From contig CAWAMW010000016.1 in assembly GCA_963783305.1 (NCBI GenBank), positions 640,001 through 704,000 on the forward strand: a stretch of DNA of 64,000 nt. Direction: 5' to 3'. The notes beneath the pieces were generated by a model. It saw only the letters and a list, made by a program, of their open reading frames with translations. It did no database searches and was not told the DNA's origin. Position 1 is the stretch's first letter; each line of letters opens with the position of its first letter. The translations under genes and the position numbers were made by a program. Source of the DNA: an uncultured Gemmatimonadales bacterium. GTDB lineage: Bacteria > Gemmatimonadota > Gemmatimonadetes > Longimicrobiales > RSA9. This document shows positions 39,149-46,844 of this stretch, one piece after another.

Positions 39149-39223
39149 GATCGTTCCCGGTCTGGAGGGCCCTGGCCGCGGCACCATCGCCCGCGGTCCG
39201 TCTGTGCTGCGCTCCTATCTGCT

Positions 39224-39239
39224 TGCAACGCCCGGGCCG
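39224..39239 (-). promoter_or_regulatory. Candidate sigma-54 promoter upstream of ytxH-like gene
   Basis: Minus strand reads CGGCCCGGGCGTTGCA (GG-N10-GC with TTGCA). Confidence 0.35.
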
Positions 39240-39255
39240 TCGGCATCAGGAGGGC

Positions 39256-40512
39256 TCAACGCTCGGCCCGTTCCTCGCTCAGCTTCCGCTCCATCCCGGT
39301 CGTAATCTCGCCCGCGTCCCGCAGCACGTCGCGGGTGAGGAACGGCCCCACGAGCTCGCTGGCGGCCACGCCCACGACGATGGCCCCGAACGCGATCCCG
39401 AGGGGCGTCCGAGCGGGGCCCGAGATGGCGTCGTAGGTGAGGGCTGCGCTGAGCGCCATGGCCAGGCTGATCCCGCCCTGGGGCACGAGCCCCAGTCCCG
39501 CGTTGGTCGGGGGCCGGATGGGGAGCCTCAGGGCGCTCAGCGCCAGGCGGCTCCCGCCGTACTTCGCGGTGCCCCGGACGAAAAGGTACGCAATGCCGAG
39601 GGGCACGGCGATCCAGCTGGAGGCGCCGAGGAGGGAACCGGCGAGAATCAGGAGCACGATGAAGATGGGCTGCTCCCACTCCTGGAGCACGGTGAACACG
39701 CGGCGCCGGAGCGGCGACATGTTGGCGATGACGGCGCCGGTGATCATGCAGACGTAGAGCGGGGAAACGCCCATGTAGAGCGCGGTCCCCGCCTCGAACA
39801 CCACCAGCCCGATCAGGAAGAGGATGAGCTCGTCGCCATGAGGCTTCGGTCGGGTCAGCCAGAGGAAGAATATGGCGAAGACCACCCCCGCTGCGGTGGC
39901 GGCGGCGAACCAGATCCACCAGCCAATGGCGGCGAGCTCCGGTGCGCCCATGCCATGGAAGACGGAGTAGAGGAGCTGAAGCGCGACGATCCCGACCACC
40001 GCGTCGAGGCTTGCGCTGTAGAAGAGGAAGCGCGTGAGCTGGCCATCCACCCGGAACGTCCGACTGATGAGGGCGATCCCGGCGGGGGCGGATACCGCGG
40101 CCGTGGCGGAGGCGACGAGGAGCGCAAGGGCGACATCCTCCGTGAGATGACCGGTGACGTGAAAAACGCCGAATGCGGCGAGCGCAAAGAGGACGAAGGT
40201 GGCGCAGGCCTGGAGCAGGGCGAAACCCAGGTAGGCCACCGGGAAATGGGCAAGCTGGGCCCGGTCGAGCTGCAGTCCGAAGAGGAGCCCGATCCAGCCG
40301 AGACCGAGAGCCATGAGCGGCTGGAGCTGTCCTACCAGGTCGGGGGTGAGGAGCCCCAGCACGGGTCCCAGGAAGAGGCCGAGAAGCAGGAAGTGCAGGC
40401 CCGTGGCGAAGAGGAGCTGCGGGCCGAGCGGTGTGCGGCTGGCATCGAACGCGAAGCGGGAGCCGACGAGTCCGACCAGGACGAGGATGAGCACGCCCAC
40501 GAGCGGGCTCAT
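39256..40512 (-). CDS. Cation:proton antiporter family membrane protein
   Basis: About 12 TM helices, LLLGLFLGP, GLLFGLQLD, SLDAVVG, R..AKY.G, GLGLVPQGGISL and SELVGP. Confidence 0.75.
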   Translation of the reverse strand: MSPLVGVLILVLVGLVGSRFAFDASRTPLGPQLLFATGLHFLLLGLFLGPVLGLLTPDLVGQLQPLMALGLGWIGLLFGLQLDRAQLAHFPVAYLGFALLQACATFVLFALAAFGVFHVTGHLTEDVALALLVASATAAVSAPAGIALISRTFRVDGQLTRFLFYSASLDAVVGIVALQLLYSVFHGMGAPELAAIGWWIWFAAATAAGVVFAIFFLWLTRPKPHGDELILFLIGLVVFEAGTALYMGVSPLYVCMITGAVIANMSPLRRRVFTVLQEWEQPIFIVLLILAGSLLGASSWIAVPLGIAYLFVRGTAKYGGSRLALSALRLPIRPPTNAGLGLVPQGGISLAMALSAALTYDAISGPARTPLGIAFGAIVVGVAASELVGPFLTRDVLRDAGEITTGMERKLSEERAER

Positions 40513-40531
40513 GGACGGACCCGGTCCGCTC

Positions 40532-40885
40532 TCACAGGTCCGCCGAGCCCAACTCCGGCGCGAGGCCCGTGACGCGTGCGACCGGAATTGTGAACGCGAT
40601 CCCGGTGGCGGGGTCGTTCAGATCGCCGCAGATCTCCTGGAGCAGCGCGAGGGCGCCCTCCATCTTCTCGTCGTTGTCGATGACGCTGAAGATGGTCTTG
40701 TTCTGCGGACGAGCCCGTGAAAGGAGCGTCTGGAGCCCGGCGAAGATGGGGATGTCGTGACTGAGCACGTGCCCCATCCCTTCGCTGTCGATGATGGTAG
40801 CGCCCGTGATGCCGAGCTCGAGGAACCCCGACAGGATTTCGTCGAGGCGGCCCTCCTGGTTGATGACCGCGATCAGGAGCTCCAT
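40532..40885 (-). CDS. P-II-like signalling protein
   Basis: 117 aa, GITGATIIDSEGMG and TGIAFTIPV..V.G P-II-fold motifs. No GlnB Tyr51-type T-loop. Confidence 0.75.
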   Translation of the reverse strand: MELLIAVINQEGRLDEILSGFLELGITGATIIDSEGMGHVLSHDIPIFAGLQTLLSRARPQNKTIFSVIDNDEKMEGALALLQEICGDLNDPATGIAFTIPVARVTGLAPELGSADL

Positions 40886-40892
40886 GGTCGCC

Positions 40893-41363
40893 TCAAACGT
40901 GGAGTGCGTCTTCGCGCTCGATCTCCCTGATCAGCGCTTCACGGGATTCCGCGGCCACGAGCCTCTCCACGAACTCCGCGTCGCGGACGAGGCGTACGAT
41001 CCGTGCCAGGATCTTGATGTGTGGGCCCGCCTGGTCGGTGGGGGAGAGGAGCAGGAAGAAGAGGCGGTCGGCCTGGACCTCGGTCCCGTCCCCGCTGAAT
41101 ACGATTCCGCCGGGCGCGGTGGCGACGAGCAGCGTGGGCTGGCGTACGGCGGGCGTGGTGGAATGGGGGAGCGCCACTCCATTGCCGAGTGATGTAGTGT
41201 GGCTCCGCTCCCTCTGGAGCACGGACGCCTTGACCGGCGAAGTGTCGCTCACACGGCCGGCGTCGCCGATACGGTCCACGAGCGCGCCAATGGTGTCCTC
41301 CACACCCTCGGACTCGAGTCCGATTACCACCAGGTCCGACTCCAGGTACTCACTCAGTCGCAT
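40893..41363 (-). CDS. PTS EIIA (fructose/mannitol/Ntr-type) domain protein
   Basis: 156 aa from ATG 41363. RE...TT.LGNGVALPH (phospho-His), FFLLLSP and HIKILARI. Confidence 0.85.
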   Translation of the reverse strand: MRLSEYLESDLVVIGLESEGVEDTIGALVDRIGDAGRVSDTSPVKASVLQRERSHTTSLGNGVALPHSTTPAVRQPTLLVATAPGGIVFSGDGTEVQADRLFFLLLSPTDQAGPHIKILARIVRLVRDAEFVERLVAAESREALIREIEREDALHV

Positions 41364-41395
41364 GACGGCTTCTGGGAAGGGGGAACCCTGACTCG

Positions 41396-41425
41396 AAGCT
41401 AGATCCGGCCGGTCGCGTGCGTCAA
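41396..41425 (-). promoter_or_regulatory. Sigma-70-type promoter of the EIIA/P-II/antiporter operon
   Basis: Minus strand TTGACG-18 nt-TAGCTT, about 33 nt upstream of the EIIA ATG. Confidence 0.55.
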
Positions 41426-41440
41426 CCGACCTCGGACTAT

Positions 41441-41470
41441 TTGGCGGTGGTTCCGTGCGCCCGGTATGCT
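41441..41470 (+). promoter_or_regulatory. Candidate sigma-70-type promoter of murA (divergent from the EIIA promoter)
   Basis: TTGGCG-18 nt-TATGCT. Confidence 0.4.
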
Positions 41471-41537
41471 TTTTCCATCGCTCCTGGCCTTCTGCCGACC
41501 ATCGGGGTCGGTACCCCTGTTCACAGCACATACGAGA

Positions 41538-42827
41538 ATGCCCAAATACATCGTTGAAGGGGGCGTTTCCCTCAACGGGAGCATCCGCCCCGCCGGCAAC
41601 AAGAACGCGGCTCTCCCCATCATCTGCGCAACGCTTCTGAGCGATGAGCCGGTGGTGCTGGAGAACGTGCCCGACATCCGGGACGTTCGGACTCTGCTGG
41701 AGCTCATGCAGCAGATTGGCTGCGATGTGGAGTGGACCGGCTACCACACGGTCCGGATCCATGCGAAGGAGATCCGGGTCTCCGAAGTGGACCGGCACAT
41801 GGCCGCGCGTATCCGCGCCTCGATCCTGCTGGCGGGGCCCATGCTCGCGCGGGCCGGGAGCATGCTTCTGCCGCCCCCGGGCGGGGACGTCATCGGGCGC
41901 CGTCGCGTCGACACCCATTTCCTCGCGCTGAGGAAGATGGGCGCGCGCGTCGAGACGAAGGGTGGCTATCACCTGGAAGCCGATGGACTGGTGGGCGCCG
42001 ACATCTTCCTCGACGAGCCGAGCGTGACGGCCACGGAGAACACCGTGATGGCGGCCGCACTGGCGAAAGGCACCACGCGGATTCGCAACGCCGCCGCCGA
42101 GCCGCACGTCCAGGACCTCTGCAACATGATCAACGTGCTGGGCGGAAATATCAGTGGGATCGGTACCCACGTACTGGAGATCGAGGGCGTGGAGCGGTTG
42201 AAGGGTGGCACGTTCAGCATCGGCAGCGACCACATCGAGGTGGGCTCCTTCATCGGTCTCGCCGCCGTGACGCGTGGGGAGATCACCATCGAGGACGCCG
42301 CTGTGGATCACCTCGACTCCACCCTCCTCGCCTTCGAACGGCTTGGCGTGGAGTGCGAAATCCAGGGGGAGAATCTGTTCGTTTCGGGGAACCAGAGCCT
42401 GGAGATCCAAATGGATCTGGGCGGCCACATCCCCAAGATCGACGACGGCCCGTGGCCCGCGTTCCCGGCGGACCTCACCTCGATCGCGCTCGTAACCGCC
42501 ACACAATGCAACGGGACGATCCTCGTCCACGAGAAGATGTTCGAGTCTCGTATGTTCTTCGCCGACAAGATCATCGGTATGGGCGCCCGCATCGTTCTCT
42601 GTGACCCGCACCGGGCGGTCGTGGTGGGGCCATCCCGGCTCTATGCCGGTGTGATGGACAGCCCGGACATCCGCGCCGGAATGGCGCTGCTCATCGCCGC
42701 CCTGGGCGCGGAGGGTGAAAGCCATATCTTCAACATCCAGCAGATCGAGCGCGGATACGAACGGATCGACGAGCGACTGCGGGCGTTGGGTGCGCGCATC
42801 TCCCGCGAGGACTCGCGGGACGGTTGA
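41538..42827 (+). CDS. murA: UDP-N-acetylglucosamine 1-carboxyvinyltransferase (Asp-type active site)
   Basis: [47 protein letters not shown] and IERGYE. Confidence 0.95.
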   Translation: MPKYIVEGGVSLNGSIRPAGNKNAALPIICATLLSDEPVVLENVPDIRDVRTLLELMQQIGCDVEWTGYHTVRIHAKEIRVSEVDRHMAARIRASILLAGPMLARAGSMLLPPPGGDVIGRRRVDTHFLALRKMGARVETKGGYHLEADGLVGADIFLDEPSVTATENTVMAAALAKGTTRIRNAAAEPHVQDLCNMINVLGGNISGIGTHVLEIEGVERLKGGTFSIGSDHIEVGSFIGLAAVTRGEITIEDAAVDHLDSTLLAFERLGVECEIQGENLFVSGNQSLEIQMDLGGHIPKIDDGPWPAFPADLTSIALVTATQCNGTILVHEKMFESRMFFADKIIGMGARIVLCDPHRAVVVGPSRLYAGVMDSPDIRAGMALLIAALGAEGESHIFNIQQIERGYERIDERLRALGARISREDSRDG

Positions 42828-42880
42828 GGGACCTCGCGTGCGGCTCGCGGGGGCAGGTCACTGAACATCGGGAGGACGGA

Positions 42881-43288
42881 ATGGCGGAGCAGAAGAGGCG
42901 GGACGTAGGGGACGAGGTGCGGGAAGGGATCCGTGCGGGGATCGGGATCCTGAGCGCGCTCAAGGATGCCATCGAGGAGACGGTGGACGACATGATGGAT
43001 CGGGGCGAGCTGTCCCAGGACCGCGCCCGGGAGGCCGTTCGTACGACCATGGAGCGGGCGCAGTCGGCGTTCGATGAGGCCCGCGACCGCTTCGAGTTCG
43101 TGCCGCGCCGCGAGTTCGTGGAGCTGTCGGAAGATGTGAAGGAGCTGCGTCGGCGGGTGATCCGCCTCGAGGGCGAAGCCCATCAGCACGGCGCCGGTGG
43201 CCCCGGTGCGGGTGGAGCGGGCGGCCCGGGCGGCTCGACCGGACCTTCCCGCGGGGCGGGTCCCGACATCCCAGTATCGGAGGGTTGA
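42881..43288 (+). CDS. Phasin-like coiled-coil hypothetical protein
   Basis: GGAGG RBS. GIG.L....IEETVDDMMDRGEL...A and R.E...L...V..LE pattern, with a Gly-rich tail. Confidence 0.65.
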   Translation: MAEQKRRDVGDEVREGIRAGIGILSALKDAIEETVDDMMDRGELSQDRAREAVRTTMERAQSAFDEARDRFEFVPRREFVELSEDVKELRRRVIRLEGEAHQHGAGGPGAGGAGGPGGSTGPSRGAGPDIPVSEG

Positions 43289-44043
43289 GCGCGCCGGCGC
43301 TCCCCTGCGGCGTCCGGCGGGTCAGGGAGCGGCGGGTGCCGGGGGACGTGCCGCTCCATTCACTCGCCGAGTGGACGGAGCGGTTTCCATGGCTGGTGCA
43401 CGGGACCACCGGTCAGGGCAACGACGGGGCGTTCGATCTCGGCCTCTTCAGTGAGGTCCCCGTGGGGGAGAGCATGGGCCGATGGCGCCGGCTTCAGGAG
43501 GCCGTGGGGCTGCCCCGGGCCGTCCACGCACTCCAGGTGCACGAGCGGAGCGTTCGGGAGCACGAGGAAACGGCCCCCGGACTCCACGTCCTGTACGATT
43601 TCGATGGGCACGTCACCGACCGCCCGGGGATCCTCCTCACGGTGAGTGTGGCGGACTGCGTCCCCATCTCGCTGGTCGACCCGGTCCGGCGCAAGGTGGC
43701 GCTCCTGCACGGCGGGTGGCGCGGCACCGCGGCGGGCATCGTGGCGGCGGGACTGGAGCGGCTCGGCGGATCGCAGGTCGATCTCTACGCGCACCTGGGC
43801 CCGGCCATCTGCGGCGACTGCTACGAGGTGGGTCCCGAAGTGCACGAGGCTCTCGGGCTGCAAGTGCCCGAGGTGAACACCCCGGTGGACGTGCGCGCGG
43901 TGCAGGCGCGGCAGCTCGAGCGGGCGGGGCTGGATCCCGACCGGATCACGGTTTCGGAGCACTGCACCCGGTGCGGCTCCGGGTTCTTCTCACACCGCGG
44001 CGGGTCCCCCGGACGACAGGTGGGTGTGCTGGGACTCCGGTGA
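43285..44043 (+). CDS. pgeF: YfiH/PgeF-family (laccase-domain, purine nucleoside phosphorylase-like) protein
   Basis: QVH, SVADCVPI, LHGGWRG, GPAIC..CYEVG, CT.C and FFSHR. Confidence 0.88.
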   Translation: MSAPALPCGVRRVRERRVPGDVPLHSLAEWTERFPWLVHGTTGQGNDGAFDLGLFSEVPVGESMGRWRRLQEAVGLPRAVHALQVHERSVREHEETAPGLHVLYDFDGHVTDRPGILLTVSVADCVPISLVDPVRRKVALLHGGWRGTAAGIVAAGLERLGGSQVDLYAHLGPAICGDCYEVGPEVHEALGLQVPEVNTPVDVRAVQARQLERAGLDPDRITVSEHCTRCGSGFFSHRGGSPGRQVGVLGLR

Positions 44044-44246
44044 GCGGGCTCGGTCCGGGGCTCTGCGGGCGCTGCGTGCACGCGCGAATCGTGGGCAGCC
44101 GGCGCGGCTCGCGCTTCTGGCTCTGCGGCCTGGCGAGGGTGGACTCGAGGTTCCCCCGGTACCCGCTGCTGCCGGTGCTGCGGTGCGCCGGGCATGAATC
44201 AGGCACACCGAGGAACGATCACACACGGACGGAGGAAGAAGCATGA
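44040..44246 (+). CDS. Small four-cysteine protein (CxxC-x16-C-x19-C), 68 aa
   Basis: GTG 44040 overlaps the pgeF stop and its TGA overlaps the next ATG. Sequence: GLCGRCVHARIVGSRRGSRFWLCGLARVDSRFPRYPLLPVLRCAGHE. Confidence 0.75.
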   Translation: MSGLGPGLCGRCVHARIVGSRRGSRFWLCGLARVDSRFPRYPLLPVLRCAGHESGTPRNDHTRTEEEA

Positions 44247-44740
44247 GCGACGCGTTCTACACGGTGGAGGCTGAGGTCGAGAAGGTGGCAGGGGTCCATC
44301 GGCGGGTGCGGCTGCCCTCGGGCGATGCGTTCGATGTGGGTGTCCATGGCGCGATCAAGGAGCACTACAGGCTCCATGATGAGCCGGACCGACCGCTTCC
44401 CGTCGACTACGTGGTGGGTGCGGCGGGCGCCTGACTGCTCGGCACACTCAATGGCGCGCTGGAGGCGCGCGAGATCAGATTGGGCCCGGACGCGATCCGG
44501 GCCGCGGTCCGGGGGCGGAACGAGGTGAGGGACCGAATCCCGGTGCTCGTGGGTATCCATGTGCTGTACCGCCTCGAAGTACCGGCGGGCAGCCGTGAAG
44601 TCGTGGAGCGTGCGCTGGAGCGGCATGCGTCGCGCTGTCCCACGGCCGCGAGCCTGAAGGGCGCGGTCGCGGTGACGTGGGAGGCGGAGGTGGCTGAGGG
44701 GGGGGTCCGTTGGCGCGCGGAAGGGAGTCGCGACGGCTGA
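44243..44740 (+). CDS. OsmC/Ohr-fold protein with in-frame TGA, probable selenoprotein (Sec64, Cys132)
   Basis: ORFs 44243-44434 and 44480-44740 share a frame. Read-through gives DYVVGAAGA-U-LLGTL...HASRCPTAASL, matching the OsmC two-Cys layout. A hairpin follows the TGA, and GGAGG lies before the ATG. Confidence 0.82.
44435..44473 (+). promoter_or_regulatory. Candidate bacterial SECIS element
   Basis: CTC-aatg-GCGCGC-TGGAG-GCGCGC-GAG (44447-44473). The first apical-loop G (44461) is 27 nt after the TGA. Confidence 0.6.
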
Positions 44741-44761
44741 GGGGCGGGCCCCCGCGCGGCC

Positions 44762-44790
44762 TTGCATCAGGGCCTGAGTGGTTTTATGAT
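44762..44790 (+). promoter_or_regulatory. Sigma-70-type promoter of the rimP-nusA-infB operon
   Basis: TTGCAT-17 nt-TATGAT. Confidence 0.7.
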
Positions 44791-44822
44791 CCGTAGGTGC
44801 GCGGCCCCAGGAGGCCGCTATG

Positions 44823-44853
44823 GAGTGGGGGCGTAGTCCCCCACTTTTTTATT
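44823..44853 (+). ncRNA. rimP leader (terminator-like attenuator)
   Basis: AGTGGGGG-CGTAGT-CCCCCACT followed by a T-tract, between the promoter and the rimP ATG. Confidence 0.75.
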
Positions 44854-44861
44854 GAAGCGCT

Positions 44862-45350
44862 ATGGCTGATCAGTCGCTGACACAGGTGGTGGAAGAGCGG
44901 GTGGAGGCGCTGGGATTCGAGCTCGTGGAGCTCGAGCGTTCCGGCGCCAAGTCCCGTCCCGTTTTCCGGGTGCGGGTGGACCGTCCGGACTCGGTACCGG
45001 GTGAGGGTGTGGGTCTGGACGACTGCGCCCGGATCAGCCGATCGCTGGAAGAGTACCTGGATGCGGAGGAGTCGATCCCGGGCAACTATGTGATCGAGGT
45101 CTCCTCAGCCGGTGTGGAGCGGCCGCTGACGAAGCGGCGGGACTTCGAGCGGTTCAGGGGACACGAAGTAGCGGTGAAGGGATATGCCCCTCTGGCGGGG
45201 CGCGGTCGGCGGCTCCAGGGGGAGCTGCTCGGCATCGAGGGCGGGCCGGAAGACGAGACGGTCCGACTGAGGCTGGAGGACGGCGAGGAAGTCGATGTCG
45301 CCCGCTCGGATATAGCGCGGGCGACCCTCGTATTTCGTTGGAACGAGTAA
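44862..45350 (+). CDS. rimP: Ribosome maturation factor RimP
   Basis: LGFELVELE, LDDCA.ISR, Y.IEVSS.GVERPL and DFERFRG. Confidence 0.95.
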   Translation: MADQSLTQVVEERVEALGFELVELERSGAKSRPVFRVRVDRPDSVPGEGVGLDDCARISRSLEEYLDAEESIPGNYVIEVSSAGVERPLTKRRDFERFRGHEVAVKGYAPLAGRGRRLQGELLGIEGGPEDETVRLRLEDGEEVDVARSDIARATLVFRWNE

Positions 45351-45359
45351 GGGAGACCT

Positions 45360-46844
45360 ATGGCGAACGAAGGGATGCAGGTACTGGCGGCGTTCCGGGA
45401 GATGACGAACAACAAGAATCTCTCCGGACCGGAGCTGCACGACCTCATCCGTGCCGGCATCATGGCGGCTCTGGCGAAGCGGTTCGGGCTGAACGTCGAA
45501 GCGGAAATCACGATCGATGAAGAGGGCGGCGGGATCGGGATCGTCGTGCTGAAGGAGGTCGTGGAGGAGGTGGAGGATGCCTCCCGCGAGATCTCCCTCG
45601 AAGAGGCGCGGTGGGACGACCCGGACTTCGAGCCTGGTGATGTGCTGGAGATCCCGGTGCAGTTCCACGAGTTCGGCCGCAACGCCGTAATGGCGGCGAA
45701 ACAGCGGATCATCCAGGGTGTTCGCGAGGGCGAGCGCCAGAAGATCCGTGACGAGTTCGAGGGCCGCGAGGGCGAGCTGCTGAGCGGCGAGGTGCAGCAG
45801 GTGGAGCGGGGCAAGCTCGTGGTCCTGCTGAACGAAGCCCGCGAGGCCGACGCCATCATCCCGTGGAAGGAGCAGAACCCGCGGGAGCGATTCCGTCAGG
45901 GCGAGCCGATCCGCGCGGTGCTGAAGAAGGTGGACGAGACGTCGAAGGGGCCGCGTATCATCCTGTCCCGGGCCGCGCCCGAGTTCGTCGCATCGCTCTT
46001 CGCGCTGGAGGTCCCGGAGATCTATCAGGGGATCGTGGAGGTGAAGGCGATCGCCCGGGAGGTGGCGGGGCGGACCAAGGTGGCGGTCTCATCGCGGGAC
46101 GAGTCGATCGATCCGGTGGGCGCGTGCGTGGGTCTCAAGGGCTCCCGCGTCCAGGCGGTGGTGGGGGAGCTGGGCGGCGAGCGGATCGACATCGTCCCCT
46201 GGCACCCGGACCCGGAGATCTTTGCCCGCCGTGCGCTCGCACCGGCGCGCGTGGCCAAGGTCATGAGCGACGCGGAGCGCGGCGTCATTACCGCCATTGT
46301 AGACGAGGACCAGCTCTCGCTGGCCATCGGCCGCAATGGGCAGAACGTCCGGCTCGCCAGTCAGCTCATCGGTTGGCAGCTCGACCTCTATGGCAGCCGC
46401 GAGTGGCTGGAGCGCGGAGCGGACGCGGCCCTCTTCGGGGGGGGCGCCGGCGGCGAGGATTACGAAGTCGCCGACTTCCCGCTCTCCGAGCTGGAGCTGC
46501 CGGAGGAGACCGTGGCGGCCCTCAAGGGCGCTGGATATACTACGTTTTTCGACATCATCGACCTCGATAGGGAAGATTTCCTCTCCATCGAGGGCGTTGA
46601 GGAGGAGGCCGCCGACCGTCTGGTGGCGGTGATCGACGAGTTGACCGTCGAGGAGACGGTCGAGGAGCCGGACGCCGGGCAGGAGGCGCGCGATGCCGAA
46701 ATGGCCGACGCCAAGAAGGTGGCGGCCGAGGTGCTCGGCATCGAGATGGATGAGGAAGAGGATGAGGAGCCCGTGACCGCATCGGTGGAAGGTGAGCCGG
46801 ACGAGGATCAAGGGGCGCAGGACGAGGAGGAGGAAGACGTCTGA
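45360..46844 (+). CDS. nusA: Transcription termination/antitermination factor NusA
   Basis: FGR.A..AAKQ, EVPEI, RTKVAV, DPVGACVG.KGSR and LSLAIGRNGQNVRLA, with an acidic tail. Confidence 0.97.
   Translation: MANEGMQVLAAFREMTNNKNLSGPELHDLIRAGIMAALAKRFGLNVEAEITIDEEGGGIGIVVLKEVVEEVEDASREISLEEARWDDPDFEPGDVLEIPVQFHEFGRNAVMAAKQRIIQGVREGERQKIRDEFEGREGELLSGEVQQVERGKLVVLLNEAREADAIIPWKEQNPRERFRQGEPIRAVLKKVDETSKGPRIILSRAAPEFVASLFALEVPEIYQGIVEVKAIAREVAGRTKVAVSSRDESIDPVGACVGLKGSRVQAVVGELGGERIDIVPWHPDPEIFARRALAPARVAKVMSDAERGVITAIVDEDQLSLAIGRNGQNVRLASQLIGWQLDLYGSREWLERGADAALFGGGAGGEDYEVADFPLSELELPEETVAALKGAGYTTFFDIIDLDREDFLSIEGVEEEAADRLVAVIDELTVEETVEEPDAGQEARDAEMADAKKVAAEVLGIEMDEEEDEEPVTASVEGEPDEDQGAQDEEEEDV

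Noticed and set aside
40893..42725. 610-aa minus-strand ORF as a single large EIIA fusion
   Set aside because: Only the last 156 aa (from ATG 41363) are EIIA-like. The rest is antisense to murA and crosses the divergent promoter region.
44243..44434. Treating the 63-aa and 86-aa ORFs as two separate genes, or TGA as a reassigned Trp/Gly codon
   Set aside because: The halves form one OsmC-like domain with TGA at the Cys position. TGA is the normal stop for many genes in this window, including ATGA/GTGA overlaps.
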